A DNA stretch of 64,000 nucleotides, from contig CM114271.1 of the NCBI GenBank assembly GCA_050084515.1, positions 3,720,001 through 3,784,000 on the forward strand, written 5' to 3'. The notes beneath the pieces were generated by a model. That model did not search any database and was not told the origin of the DNA. It worked only from the letters and a program-made list of their open reading frames with translations. Numbering within the stretch: position 1 is the first letter of the stretch; each line of letters opens with the position of its first letter. This DNA comes from Blasia pusilla. Its lineage: Eukaryota. Of this stretch, positions 1 to 12,911 are shown piece after piece. The translations under genes were made by a program, and so were the position numbers.

Positions 1-550
1 TCTCTATAGTTTAGTCTTTTTCTCTAGCACCATAGCTATAGACTTTAGCACCATGGCTATCGCCGCTTCTTATAGCAATTTCCCTTGTTCAACCACATAT
101 TCCCAAATTGACCCTCATGTGGGATCTCCAATTAACTATGATGTCCACCACCATTATGTTAGCCTCTATTGTCAGGCATTGGATGAGGGAATCCTAGATA
201 GAATAGTGCCACTCTCTATGCACATGGAATTAGCTCTTGCGAATCATACATAACATGCTATCCCTCACAACCTATTCTACCCCCGTTGTTTTATAAAGGA
301 ACTTACTTGGCACCCTATCGATTGCAGCAAGTCATATAGTGAACACATACATACAAGAGTGGCTAAGTGTGGATGTATTTTACCGAGATCGCATTTAGAT
401 TACAGTACATCAATAAAATTGTGGCATACGCCTCAAATTGTGGCCCCTTCCTTGTAGAATGTGGTTCCTCGTAGATTATAGTGGTAGCTTTGTTTTATAT
501 GTAATTTTTTCTATTACTATGAGTATGCCATAAATTATTATCAGAATATA

Positions 551-1564
551 CGTTGCGACCCTCATAACCAAACGAGTGCCAAGCGGAACATCAAAACTCT
601 AGCGGGCTCACACTAGGAGGGTTTGCGCGTTGGAGTGGTGTCTTGAGAGACGCAAAAGACACAAGAGATGAGACGAGAGAAAGGTCGAGTGTTTCATGCG
701 TTTATAGTAACAACTAGGAAACCTGAACCAAACATCAACCAAGACTTGAGAGGAGACGAGTCTAGGAAGAGTGGCTGCCAAAGAGGTGAGAACCGGATTT
801 GGAACGTGATTGTTATTTGGGGTTTTAACTATATTTTGGACCATTACTTTTAGTCCCAAGATGAATTTTGGACAAGTAAGGTGGCGTTGGAAAACTTATG
901 AAAAATCACTTCCAATGCACTAAAGATCTTAGAAAATGCATAAGCACAGACTGAGAAATTGCCCAAAAACAACTATATGAGGAGTTTGGTTGAGGGATAA
1001 AAAGAGGGGCTTGAATGTCTCTTCCCCAAAAGTTAGGGGGAGGTGGAGAACCCTAGAAGTACTAGTAAGGGGGAAAGGTCTCTAAGAGTGCTTGGGACTC
1101 GCACCCCACTTTGGGGCGCCACGAGGTGAACCAAGGGCACAGAATGGATTGGGAGTTTGACGTTGGGATTCCAAACCCAAACCAAGTCAGATAAAGTGGA
1201 TTTCGGTGGCCACTATTGAATTCCAACCCGCCACTCATTTAAGTGGATCTTGGTTAGGGGTTTATGCGAAGTCCATTGGATAGTTGGGATCGCTAAGCGT
1301 GCGAACGCTGTTTTAAGTGTCTAGGCTATCCAAAAAGGATGTCCCAAGTCTCAGAAGACTTGCCCATGTTGGGAAGCTAGGAACAAGGAAGGTGGAGCTT
1401 GACACATGGACGAGTTGAGAACTCGGAGAGTTGGAAGGCTGATTGGCCTAGACCTGACTAATGTGAGTGTGTTTAGGTGCAAATTAATAGTAAAAGCGTG
1501 TCCTATTAAACGTACGCTTCCGCAATAATAGAGATTGACGTTTAAGGGAAGTAGGCGCATGACA
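551..1564. mobile_element. Possible solo LTR or LTR-element relic
   Basis: ~1 kb block, more GC-rich than its flanks, starting CGTTGCG and ending GCGCATGACA; flanks ATATA/CTATA could be a decayed TSD. No coding evidence. Confidence 0.25.
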
Positions 1565-2656
1565 CTATAAGTAGCATAATTATCATTATAATTGTGCAAT
1601 GACAAGCACATGATGGCATTATTTGCCTCGAAAGTTTGACAATGCCATATTGTGGTACTAGTTTAATTGTGGTAGTTACCATTATCTTCTTAACCAAAGC
1701 TCCATTTTAGATGCAACAATCATACTATTAAGGGCTTTAGCCTTGGCTAAGAGGTTCCGTGTGAAGGCTCTCAATTTCTTAATTATTGTTTAATTTTCCC
1801 TATTCTTGGCTAAGATTTGAATAAAAAAAGGTTTTTAATAATTATTAATTAAAAAATGTTTTTTTAAAAATTTAAATTTAAAAATTGAATCTAAAAAAAC
1901 TATTTACCTCTTTTTCATTATCAGTTTCTTTATTCATTTTAGAAATTTAAACTTTTATTTCAAAATTTAGGAAAAAAACTAAAATTTTTAATTTCAAGTT
2001 AATTTTGGAAGGGAAATTACATATGACTTTAGAAATATGTCATTTAATTTTTTTTCTCAAGCTTCATTTGCGAGAGATTTTTTTAAGAATATTTTGAGAC
2101 AAACTTTGGATGAAAGCGAGTGAATTTTTTTACTAATTGAGAAAATTTACAAACCCCTATAAATTATTTCTGTAAACTCATGGGTAAGGTTTTAATAATA
2201 ATAAGTTAATTATAACTTACCCAAATTCAAACATCTTACCTAATGAAATCTTCTAGAGTCTCTTTGATTTTTTTAATATTTCCTTATTTGCAAATTTAAA
2301 ATTAAAATTTCAAGGTTCATACAAACAAATTTTGAATTTTAGTTTTGAGGGAAATTAAAATTTATTTTGGGAAAATATGAAAAGGATAATAGGAAACTAA
2401 TGGGACAAGAACTATTCTTCAAAATAAAGGAAGATATATTATTTTTAAATTTCAAGTTAGATTGGGGGAAAATTTTAATCCCTCTTTTGGGGAAAAAATT
2501 ATAAAAATTAGTCTTTTTATTTTATTTATTGAAAGATGGGGATTAGAAAAAGGATAATTATTTTCTAAAAATTAATAAAGGAAAATATATGAAAAAATTT
2601 CTTAAGCCAAGCTAGATGTGTTATGAAAAAAAATCAATCTTTCTTATTTTTTGTCA

Positions 2657-3055
2657 TCTATATTATCATGGGAGAGTGCCTTCTTGATTCGCAAACACCT
2701 CTATGCTTGACAAATGGCAATTGGGCAACAAGAAAATATTTCACATGCTACGGGCACTAAAAAAGAAATTTTAATTTATGTGCATCATCATTAATCTCTT
2801 CCCTTCACGGCCTATACATTAGCTCTTCAACCGCTTTCTTATTTCGTGTGCATCGCACTAACATCTCATCTATATTATTATGGGAGAGTGTCTTCTTGAT
2901 TTGCAAACACCTCTATGCTTGACACGTGGTAATTGGGCAGCAAGAAAAAAATTTAAATTTATATGCAACATCATTAATCTATTCCTTTCACGGGCTATAC
3001 ACTAGCTCTTCAAACACTTTTTTATTTCCCGTGCGATGCACGGGAACCTTACTAG
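2657..3055 (+). mobile_element. Non-autonomous Helitron, head-to-tail dimer (units start at 2657 and 2869)
   Basis: A|TC 5' start; two similar ~200-bp units (TCTATATTAT..GGGAGAGTG..CTTCTTGATT); subterminal hairpin CCCGTGC-GAT-GCACGGG at 3028-3044 followed by CTAG|T, the classic Helitron 3' end. Confidence 0.8.
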
Positions 3056-3105
3056 TCTTTTTAAAGATTAAACTTTATTCGTGTGTCCTCTAATTTCACA
3101 TTATG

Positions 3106-3194
3106 ATCCTCCATATATGAGTTTTTTCATTCCCAATTATCTCACCCCCTATCATCCTCCATGTATGAGTTTTTCATTCCCAATTATCTCACCC
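3106..3194. repeat. Short tandem duplication (~48-bp period, 2 copies)
   Basis: ATCCTCCATrTATGAGTTTTT(T)CATTCCCAATTATCTCACCC at 3106 and 3154. Confidence 0.85.
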
Positions 3195-3561
3195 GAGTTA
3201 CCTGGTGCATCGCAAAGGAAAAAAAATTACTAGTAATAGTTACAAGAATTGTGTATAGTAGTTGAGACTTCAAAGACCGTTTTTGGTAAGGGAACGAGTA
3301 AGTACCCTTATGAAACAATAGAAAGTGGATTGGGTGAATTGAAAGGGGGATAATCAAGTAGCATTTTTTGGAGATAGGGTGAAAGGGATGTATATTTAAA
3401 TGTGGAGGATTGTGAGCTTTCCCACATCTATACTAGAAAAAATTTAAGATTTATTTATTGGATTGGAAGTTCACAGCTATTTAAAGAAGTGAAACCTTTT
3501 TTTGAGAAGAGAAGGCTACATGATGGGCATTTCTTGCAAAGCTAACCAAGCGGGTAGACAA

Positions 3562-3703
3562 TCTATCCATATTATTAAGGGAGGATATTTTATTCATTTG
3601 AAATACTTCCATGATTGACATATGGCAAAAGGGTAGCAATTTTTTTTTGGTAATGCGAGTAGAAAGATTATTTTTTTGGAAATTTTCCTAACATGATTAC
3701 TAG
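3562..3703 (+). mobile_element. Degenerate Helitron copy related to 2657-3055
   Basis: A|TC start, TATTATTAAGGGAG..TTGACATATGGCAA similarity to the 2657 family, ends ACTAG|T. Confidence 0.4.
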
Positions 3704-6700
3704 TGTATTATTAAGGAAAGATGATTTTTTGTCGAAGGAGAAATATGGTTTAGTTCCCAAGTAACTTTCTATTATTAACTAGGATTCTTTTTCATAAATT
3801 CCTTATAGAGTCCCTTCCCTTCCACCAACCTTCTTTCTTTCCTCTTCCCTTTGTGTCATTTTAATTCATTTCTTTAGACAATTTCCTTACTTGTGAGTTA
3901 TCTTTGTTTGGCTCTTTCATTAACGTATGCCCCATCAACGATTGATGAATAATAAAACTAATTTAAGGAGGAGGAAGAGAAAACATGGAGGATCTTCATG
4001 TTTTTTACTGCTAACTATTATAAGATTTTCAATCTTTGACTCAATTTGTTCATTTTCTCAATCTTGAACTTTTGGATCTTTCTTTTTTTCCAATTGTATC
4101 AGGATTTTCCAAAGTTCTTGGGATCTTTGGATCTCCTTATCTTATATATATATATGCTCATGGATCCCTACAAATAATTTCACACATTGCAATTTGTTTA
4201 TAACACAACTATTGGTTATAATCGGATCAAAGGATTTTCTTGCTTTTCTCAATCTTTTGCTACATGTTGGGCCTAGCATTATGACTTCATTCTTTGATAT
4301 GAATCATTGGCGGGTTGTTTTCACTTTCTCTTCTCATTCTTTTTTTTTGGGTATTTCTAATTTTCTTCTTTACTTTTTTCATGGAGTATTGGTTTCGTGT
4401 GTGCTTGGTCTTGTTATAATTTTCTAGGCAAGATATTTCTTTTCATATCAAGTGGGGTTTTTTAGTTTTTGTTCCTTCTCTAATAGAGCCTCTTTTTGTG
4501 CATTGGTTTGTTCTAGGTCAATTCTTTTCATATGTCTTGTTACTTTTTCAATATTTTACCTCATTACTTCACCCTTGCTTACATTTGCTATCTCCTTAAG
4601 GGTATTCTAGATTCATGTTCTTGAGCCACTTCTTTTGATACCATATAAATTGCTTCTCCTTTTTTTTTTTCAATTTTAATGGTTTCTTTTTCAGCTTAAG
4701 GTCATTTTCAATCATAATTTTCCTTTGTCCATCCTTAGTTTTCTCCATCTAGATCTGTTCTTCGTTCATTTTATTATCCAAGGTTGCACATTGAAAAAGT
4801 TCGTGTCCATAGATTTATATCCATCCCTACGACGAACATGTTCGTCCATGGATTTTGACTTAGAACTTAACATGGAGATTTTCACGAGAGCATTTCTTTA
4901 TACTTGTTCGTTATTAATATGCATACTATAAAATATGGCTTTTTTTAACATCTTCACAATCGCTTTATCCCGACATATTCAATAAGTGGCTTTATCCCTC
5001 TATATAAGGTGTATGCACATATTATAACAAGTTGTTTGTCGTACTCTATCTTTAGGCTCTGAAGGGTTTGTCGTTTATGGGATATGGATAAGTTTATAGT
5101 GTTTTTCCTCTAGCTATTGGAGAGGTTTTATAGTGCTTGGTTACTTTCTCCCTTTGCTTGCAATTTTGTCCCTACTTTAATGCCTACTTATTTCCTTATC
5201 AATTTGGAGTGGCTACCCTTGGTCGTTGTGAGACAATAGTTCATGTGATATGCTCCACCCTTAATATTCATCTAGATTGGGTAGTGATTTAATTCATTGT
5301 GGATAATATATTCAATTCTCTTTCTCGTCTAGGCATCTTCAAGAAGTTATGCCCTATAGGAGGAGAGCTAACAAGTTTTATTCCATTTTCCACTCCTTTA
5401 TGCCTATGATACCCCCATTATCTATTCTCATCATGTTAATTTCAAAGAATACAACATTCTATAATCACCATTTGATATATGTCAAGGTTATCCCATGGAT
5501 GGCCCACTTTTTGCTATATTTTCAACGTGATAATAATAGTTCGTGTGATATACTGCATGAACTATTGCCCACTTTTTGCTATATATATATTAACCGTATT
5601 TATGTGATGCTATTTTGGTTCATGACAAGCTATTTTGCTTGTTTCTTTTGGAGGTGTAAGACTTTTCTCCATAGTGGTATATGCACCATCAATTTTTGAG
5701 GGGAATAGAGCTTTGGTTGTTCCAATTATGATTTCAAGGTTTCTCCAATGAGATACATATATCTCAATGGATCATGTGACATATATAGAGGAAGGAGATC
5801 TATTATTCCAAAAACAACTAAGATATGCTGGAACTCCTTTCCCTCTTGCTACACAAGTAATTTTATCCTATTGTAATCAATTGATTATAGAAGGATATGA
5901 TTGGTTCGAGAACTTATCTCTGAGAATTTGTCTGAAATCAACTTTTACATCATTCGTTTTGAGGCATCCTCTTGCAACGTTTAACTTGTCTATGCTCGTT
6001 TACGAAATGAAGTGCAACGACATGACTTACTACAAATCCTCTTATTCTTTCATTTTTTTTTCAATAGAATATATTCTAAACAACTTCGTGATTACGCCTT
6101 AGACTTCCTCATCTTTCTCTTCTAGGCATGTTTAAATATGTATGCCGAGAACCTGTTGATGTAAAAGATTTCAATATTTTTCGATGAGTATATGAAGGAG
6201 AATAAATTACAACCCATGATGTGGTCAAAGAGGTAATAACAGGAATGACTCCTCTTATTTTGGGGCACTCACATGTTTTTTGATATCTCATCAAATCAAA
6301 TGCTATAACATTCTCCGAAGAATCATCAACTTGTCTTTTCTTGTAATCATTCTCTTTCTGCTTTTTGATTCCTTATTTTCGTCAATTCAACTCAATAACA
6401 TTACCATACTCACAAGCAATGAAAGTAATACATCATTTGGCCAACTACTAATGTTCATGTTTCATACTATTAATTGCCTATCCCATTGAGTTGATTTGTT
6501 ATTATTTACCTTCTCTACTCCTTCCAAGTTTGGGATGTTTCTACCTTTCTTTGTCTTATTTTCAATTTTCTTTTCCATAATAAAATGCACTCTAACTCAG
6601 CAATCTGTAAATTTTCTTTAATGAAGATCTTACCAGGTTACGAAATATACACATGCTGGTATATGAAGCCAATCTAAATTCATCACATCATCCATTGTAG

Positions 6701-7342
6701 GAATTCTTCTTTGTTTGCTGTATAAGTATCAACTTCATTCCTCACGTTCTTTTGAAACCCAACTCCTTGATTTTGTGGTCCCTCTTTTCCCAAATCTTCC
6801 CCTATATATCTTCGTTTACATATGCTACAGGTAGTATTGTAAAACTTCTTCTAAAAGACTATTCTGTATATTGAAAGCTAATCTGGCCACCAACTTGATT
6901 ATGACTGAGAATATAACTATGGAGATCACTGACTTGAATTGAAGTAAATGCTAGTCCAAGGTGGATAGTTAAATTGTGCCATATGGGATGCAGCACATTT
7001 GAGTGTTGAGTTCTACGATAGTCGAGGTCTGGCGTGAGTTGGGCAAATTCTATTTGCATCCCTTGGCAGCTTATGGTGGGAGGATTACAACGTGGATGCT
7101 TCTGATTCAGGAGAGGTTAGAGCTTGGAGTAAAATACACAAAGTTGTGCAAGGGAAGAATTTTAATGTGGAAAGGTTAGCTTTAGGAGGTGAAGTTTAAT
7201 GCAACTACCCTCTAGAGGGACGGAAGGCAGAAAACTAGCAATGGATAGAAGTTCATAAAGTTAGAAAGGAATCTTACAACTTGACATCACATATTTTGGG
7301 GATGGTATCGTCGGAGTGAAGTTGTTGAGGAGAATCTATTAG

Positions 7343-8332
7343 AAGAAGAGCCCTGAGTACTGAGTGATTTCAAGCTCCTCCATGTTTCCAGAAGGAAGCA
7401 GGATGGGAAAAGAACTAAACTGTTGCACCTTGTGTGACGATGAGGATGAATCACCTAATCATTACTTGGTCTACTGCACAAAATTCTCGACACACACAGC
7501 AAGAGCGTATGCCAGTATTGCTAATCTGGTAACACCAGTATTATTCAACACATTCAGTAGCATTGATTCATTGCCCAAAGCTGCTGCACTGATCAGTAAG
7601 GTCCATTGGGGATCCCAAACAGGTAAAGTAGATGGTGTGGTGAAGAGTTTCTTGGTTGACACTTGGAAGTTCCGCACAAACATCATGTTGGGTCAGCACT
7701 CACACTACATGAGAGTCTATCCCTCCTCTCGTATGGTACATTCTTCACTTCCTCTCTCTTCACCCATCCCAGTCTCAAGCACCGTCCAACCAGAGCATGG
7801 GGTCTATGGTCGCAAGGCTGCAACAGGCACTACTTAATGAGTACAGTTTCCAGAAGGAAGTGGTGCCTCTGATGTACATAAAAGCTTGCCACAGTGGGGA
7901 CCAAGGAAGGTTTACGAAAACATTTCTTCTAACAGCTGCTGATCTGGAAGAAAAATTTCATTGCTAGGCAAAGACTGTTCCAATGGGCAATTTGGGTGCA
8001 TCAGTTACACTGTGAAATCAATAGTAGGGAGAAACACTTTTAAGCTTTTAACTTCCAGGAAGAAGAGCCCTGAGTACTCAGTGGTTTCAAGCTACACTCA
8101 GTATTTCCAGAAGGAAGTGGTGCCTCTGATGGAGTAAAAGCTTGCCAGAGTGGGGACCAAGGAAGGTTTATGAAGACATTTCTTCTAACAGCTGCTGATC
8201 TGGAAGACAGAAATTTCATAGCTAGGCAGAAGAATGTTCCAAGGGGCAACATGGGCGCATCAGTTGCACTGTGAAATCAGTTGCACTGTAGGGAGAAAAT
8301 TAGAAACACTTTAAAGCTTTTAACTTCCAGCA
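7343..8332. repeat. Tandem duplication of a ~260-bp unit; the first unit is split by a LINE fragment
   Basis: 7846-8060 matches 8103-8332 (TTTCCAGAAGGAAGTGGTGCCTCTGATG...AAGCTTTTAACTTCCAG); 7343-7398 matches 8058-8116 (GAAGAAGAGCCCTGAGTACT). Confidence 0.85.
7399..7845 (+). mobile_element. 5'-truncated non-LTR retrotransposon (LINE) 3' end
   Basis: ORF 7364-7837 contains CTLCDDEDESPNHYLVYC (CX2CX8HX4C, typical of LINE ORF2 C-termini) followed by FLVDTWKFR. It is flanked by a perfect 15-bp direct repeat GTTTCCAGAAGGAAG (7384-7398 and 7846-7860), read as the TSD. Confidence 0.75.
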
Positions 8333-8657
8333 AGCAGACGATCAAGGATAGACTGAACATTGACCCCACCATGCTGCCTAGGACAAATACAATCTTCGCC
8401 TAGGACACGGTGCAAGAATTCAAATGGATAGATTTTTTACTAATTGAATTAACAGTTACTGTACAATTGTCATTACAGTCCACACGCTGCCCTGACCTTT
8501 ACCTTCATATCATGACCTTCCTATCACTGTCTCCAAACACATTTTGGCGTCTTGATTTCCAAATGTGGCCAGCCCCACATGGACAATAACTCTGAGTGGT
8601 TTATGCACACCTGTCCTTCAATGAGACACCATACCTGAGAGTTCACGAAAACTGAGC

Positions 8658-11600
8658 TCATACACCAGTAGAAGATTCAACAACCACCACAGCCACATCC
8701 ATTCCCCCCTTTATTCCATCCTCTAAACTCCATCTTCGTGCTGGGGTGCCCAATGAACCAACTGCTGTTGATGTTGGATCTTTTTTTATTTTGCGAGCTA
8801 AATTGATTTTCTTGTTAGAGTTCAGGGGAATTCCTCCAAATTTGGACCTCTTTAAGGGTGGACCATTCTTTCCTACTGGAAGCTTCACGCCTGGACCCTT
8901 CAATCCTGGGACCTTCATCCCCAGGGCCTTTCCCACTTGGGCTTTAACACCTGGAACCTTAACCAGCTTCTTGGGTAAAGGGACCTTCCCAACCCGCTTA
9001 GGCACCTTCTCTTTTTTGGGTGGTACAGCCTCCTTAGTCTCCCCAACACTAACATGATCAGGTGCAATCTGCTCCTTTTCGCCAGGAATTTCAGTAGGCT
9101 CTGTGACAATGCCGGTTGAAATTTTAAGGGCTTCATCTGGTCTAATTTGTCTAGGACATGGGAGTGTGCTCATGGGGGATGGATAAGGCCGATCTCCAAG
9201 GTCTGTGGGAGGGTATTTAAAGTCTGGCCCAAAATTGAACACGACTTTGCTATAATCTTGAGACGGCTGGGTGTACATTGAGGCCGCTGGATAATAAGTA
9301 CCGTCATTGATGTCTTTATATGCCACTCCCATGCAAACTCCATTTTTGAAGAAGAGGATTTCACTTCCTACACTCACCACAGAAATGTCAAAATCTGAGA
9401 TTTAAAAATTCAAACAGCTGCAGTTTCTCTGTGACTAGTCTCTGCGAAGTCTAGTCTGTAAACTTCACTCCTCCATTAAACACTCCCTTACTAAATTCAA
9501 AAGTACATGTATCACTTTTGGGGTATGTGCTGAATGTTCCAAATACAAGCCAACATTCAGGTGGCTTTCGTTACATGCTGTTCTAGTTGCATACCCAGTT
9601 CATGTCATGGTGAACAAACCTCAACAAGATGTTGGCTTTAGCCTATATCATAGCCTACTATAATCAGGACTACCAACTACACGATCCACTAGAGACTGGT
9701 AGTGCCATCCCAAATTTGGAACTACTGAACCTGGAGAGTAAGATATTCCCAATCTTAAGAGCCGTAGTGGGCTCTTGTGAAGACTTGCATTGGTGTCATT
9801 CCTATGACATCTGGAAGCACACTAATTAGGAGTATGGATACCAACCTACTCCAATGCTGGCGTACTATCCAACCTAAATTTGAACTCGAAACTTAGAAAC
9901 CCTCAGAGATAGAAAAACTCTTCCACTCTTAGAAGTAATAAATTCACACATACTTGTTTATCTACTGTTGAGTGTTATGATATATCCATTTCTGTAATTG
10001 TGGAACCCAACCCCTTTATGGCATTGCGAGCTTCATTCATGCTCTTAGTTACATAAGCATCAGTGGCTATTCAGAAGTTTTTGATGAAAATGCTGAGTCA
10101 CTAAAGCGAGATCAGGAACAAAAATAGACCTAGCCAAGGAGGTAATAGAAAGAACATACATTACAGAACCTTGTTCAATTGCTATGATTTGGGCATGGAG
10201 TTTAATAAATGAATGAATGAAACTGAATCATGGAAAATGAGGTACGCACAATTTACCTGGTACAGGTTTCAGTGGGGGCTCTTCAGAAATAACAACATAA
10301 AGCTGTCCCTTGAACCCATAAACGTCTTCCTCCGGTTTCCTCTCAAAGCCGGGCTCACGAGGGAGATTGATGTAGAAACCTATATAATCCTTCTCATGGT
10401 AGGGCTCCCCACAAGGTTCCCGTATTGCAGAATGTACTCTACTGCCATCCACATCTCTGTAAGCATAGCTGTGCGCATCATATCCCACTGGCGCTTGAAT
10501 GTCCCCTTTCCGTGTGCACCATCCCAGCCGTGTGTGCCCTGTCTCACCCAACCTCTCTATGTAGATCTCAAAGTACCAAGCTCCTTGCCCAACTCCACGA
10601 GTTGCTCTGACCATCCGATAGCCTTTGCTACCGCTCGCAGCCAATCTATCAGCACTTAGCTCAATCTTTTCAGCTTTATGAACCTTCGAGAGGAGGATTG
10701 GATAAGAAGAATCGTCCTCTTGATGGAAGGGCTTCAATACAACATTGTCATCTTTGTTGTCAGAAGACCGAACCCCACCACTCTTGGAGCCATTCTTCTT
10801 GGCACCTTTACGGGACGTCGTTTTGGTCCACACATTTGTTCGCTTTTTGGATTTCTTCGTGACAGTATCACCAGGTCCATCGCCCCCAACTGCATCTCAG
10901 GGAAAATGTTATATTGTCAATTCCAGTGAGAAAACCCTAAACAAGAGCAACCAACCTGACCTAGAGAAAAATTAACACTTCTAAACTGAGAGGCCACATT
11001 TCCTTGCACGACAAAGCCTTGATGCCCAAATTTCTACTCATATGCACTTCTCTGTCCAGCCCACGGATGTTCAAGGCACAGTCGCCACGACATTTATAGA
11101 AGACTGCTACGATAGCGCAAAGGGGAAAACTGATTGAAGTAAGATATTACAAAAGGAGAAGTCGAAAACTCAAGACACACGGTGGAAGAAAGAATGTAAA
11201 GTAAATCGTATCCACACGGACTCTGGAGTCAAGAAATGGCACATAGAGGTGGTCATATTCCCATAAAATTCCTCTGCCAACAAGAGAAGGGATGAATCGG
11301 CCGAGCGGATTTTACATCAGAAAGAAATGTACAACCTAAAACCACATTGACCTAGAAGGACTTCCGAGAACTGATGCGAGACGAAGATTTTTTTTCCAAA
11401 TAATTAAGTGAACATCTCGCAAAGAGCGCTCAAGATGACGCTGGGGATCTTCACCCTGTCGGACAAGAATTCACGAGGGGCGTTGTGCAAGTAAGTACAC
11501 AAAACGACCAAAAATACAAAAAACTTTCTCAAGTATCACCTGATGCCTTCCGTGGCCGAGATCCTCCTACTGCGTTCGACTCCTCTCCGGCGATCTCCTC

Positions 11601-11825
11601 CTCCACTTCCTCTTTATTTTCCTCTAGCTCATTCGTTCCATTCTCAAGAGGAGAGCCCCACGCCTTCACTGCATCTCCCATCGGCCCAGCCTCAGGGCTC
11701 GTGCTAGCCCGGGGATCGACATCAGCTTCAGCAGGAGGAGGATCATCCAGCGCCTGCGCGGCAATAGCATGAAAGGGAGACTCTACACGCGACATAGTCC
11801 CCCACAACGCCACATCCGCACTCAT
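8658..11825 (-). CDS. TRO: TRAUCO/ASH2L-like SPRY-domain subunit of the COMPASS H3K4 methyltransferase complex; exons 11825(or 11795)-11540, 10889-10257, 9367-8658
   Basis: Translation includes [85 protein letters not shown] and FNFGPDF, matching plant TRAUCO/ASH2R. Both GT-AG introns are phase 1 and keep the frame. The start codon is uncertain. Confidence 0.93.
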
Positions 11826-12324
11826 CCACTTCCGATTCTGCAACGCACACCACCTCCTCTCAACCAAACTCCACCACCTTCAACTCCCATTTACATCCCT
11901 TCTCCACCACTCCTCCCCTCTAATTCTTGCCCTCCTCTCTCTCCTCACTACTACAGATTTCTCTCCTCTCCTCTCCTCTCATAGCATCGCATCGCAATTC
12001 GAAGTTCATTCTTCGCGCTATTGATTTGAGCACAATCGTCGAGACCCTCTGTGAGCGCCGGAGCTCCCGCACCTCTTTCGAGCCTCAGGTTCGGTAATCG
12101 GAGGTTCGTTCCCGCTGTACGGCGGAGCGAGCAACCGTACAACGTCCACGACATCCCGTAAAATTGATTTTGTCATGTCGCTATTCAAATATTCGTAATA
12201 CTAGTATTAGTAAGTGCATGTGTAAATACAAAAGTGTCAGAAGAAACGTGATTAATGATTTGATTAAAGACAGATTAATGATGATGTATATAAATTTTTA
12301 AAAAAAATTCTATTCGTAAAATGT

Positions 12325-12758
12325 AAAATTATTATTTTTTCCAATTGCTATGTGTCAAACATATAAGTATTTGCAAATCAAGAACACGTTCTCCCCTAAT
12401 AATATGGATAAATGTTTGACGAATATCTAGGTTACAAAATAATTAGATAAGTTTATTACAACCCATGGTATTAATTTATGCTATCACTAGTATAGAATCT
12501 GTGCAATGAATAAGATTGAAGGGAATGATTAAACGAGGAAGGGAAAGGCTAAACTTTGTTTAAAAAAAAATTAAAGATCACCCTGTGCATAGCACGGGTA
12601 ACACTCTAGTGTATTAACAAGGTAGGATAACTTCTTGATTTGTTTGATATGCGGCGGTGGGGTAGTAAGAAAATCATTTTATAACACCGTAACAAGAAAA
12701 TGATTTTTTTTGGAAACATAATTGTTGTCCTTGTGCAAAGCATAGATTTTCCACTAGT
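12325..12758. mobile_element. Cluster of short Helitron relics
   Basis: 12330-12410 is an inverted copy of the 2657-family 5' part; CCTGTGCATAGCACGGG..CTCTAG|T at 12582-12610 and ..CCACTAG|T near 12757 are Helitron 3' ends. Confidence 0.55.
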
Positions 12759-12911
12759 ACATGAATTAGTGTAGAGAAATTTTTCAAACAGGAATTAATT
12801 CAAGATTGGATACAAGAAAATGGTTGTCACCTCTTTTTTGGTAGAATGGAGAGTATCTGCGCGGTGCGTTAAGTAAGATCAATGATCGAAGCCAATAGGT
12901 CAAGGATGAGA

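Noticed and set aside
4190-6900. Several 60-116 aa ORFs in AT-rich sequence
   Set aside because: No motifs or splice structure; probably very old TE debris that I cannot classify.
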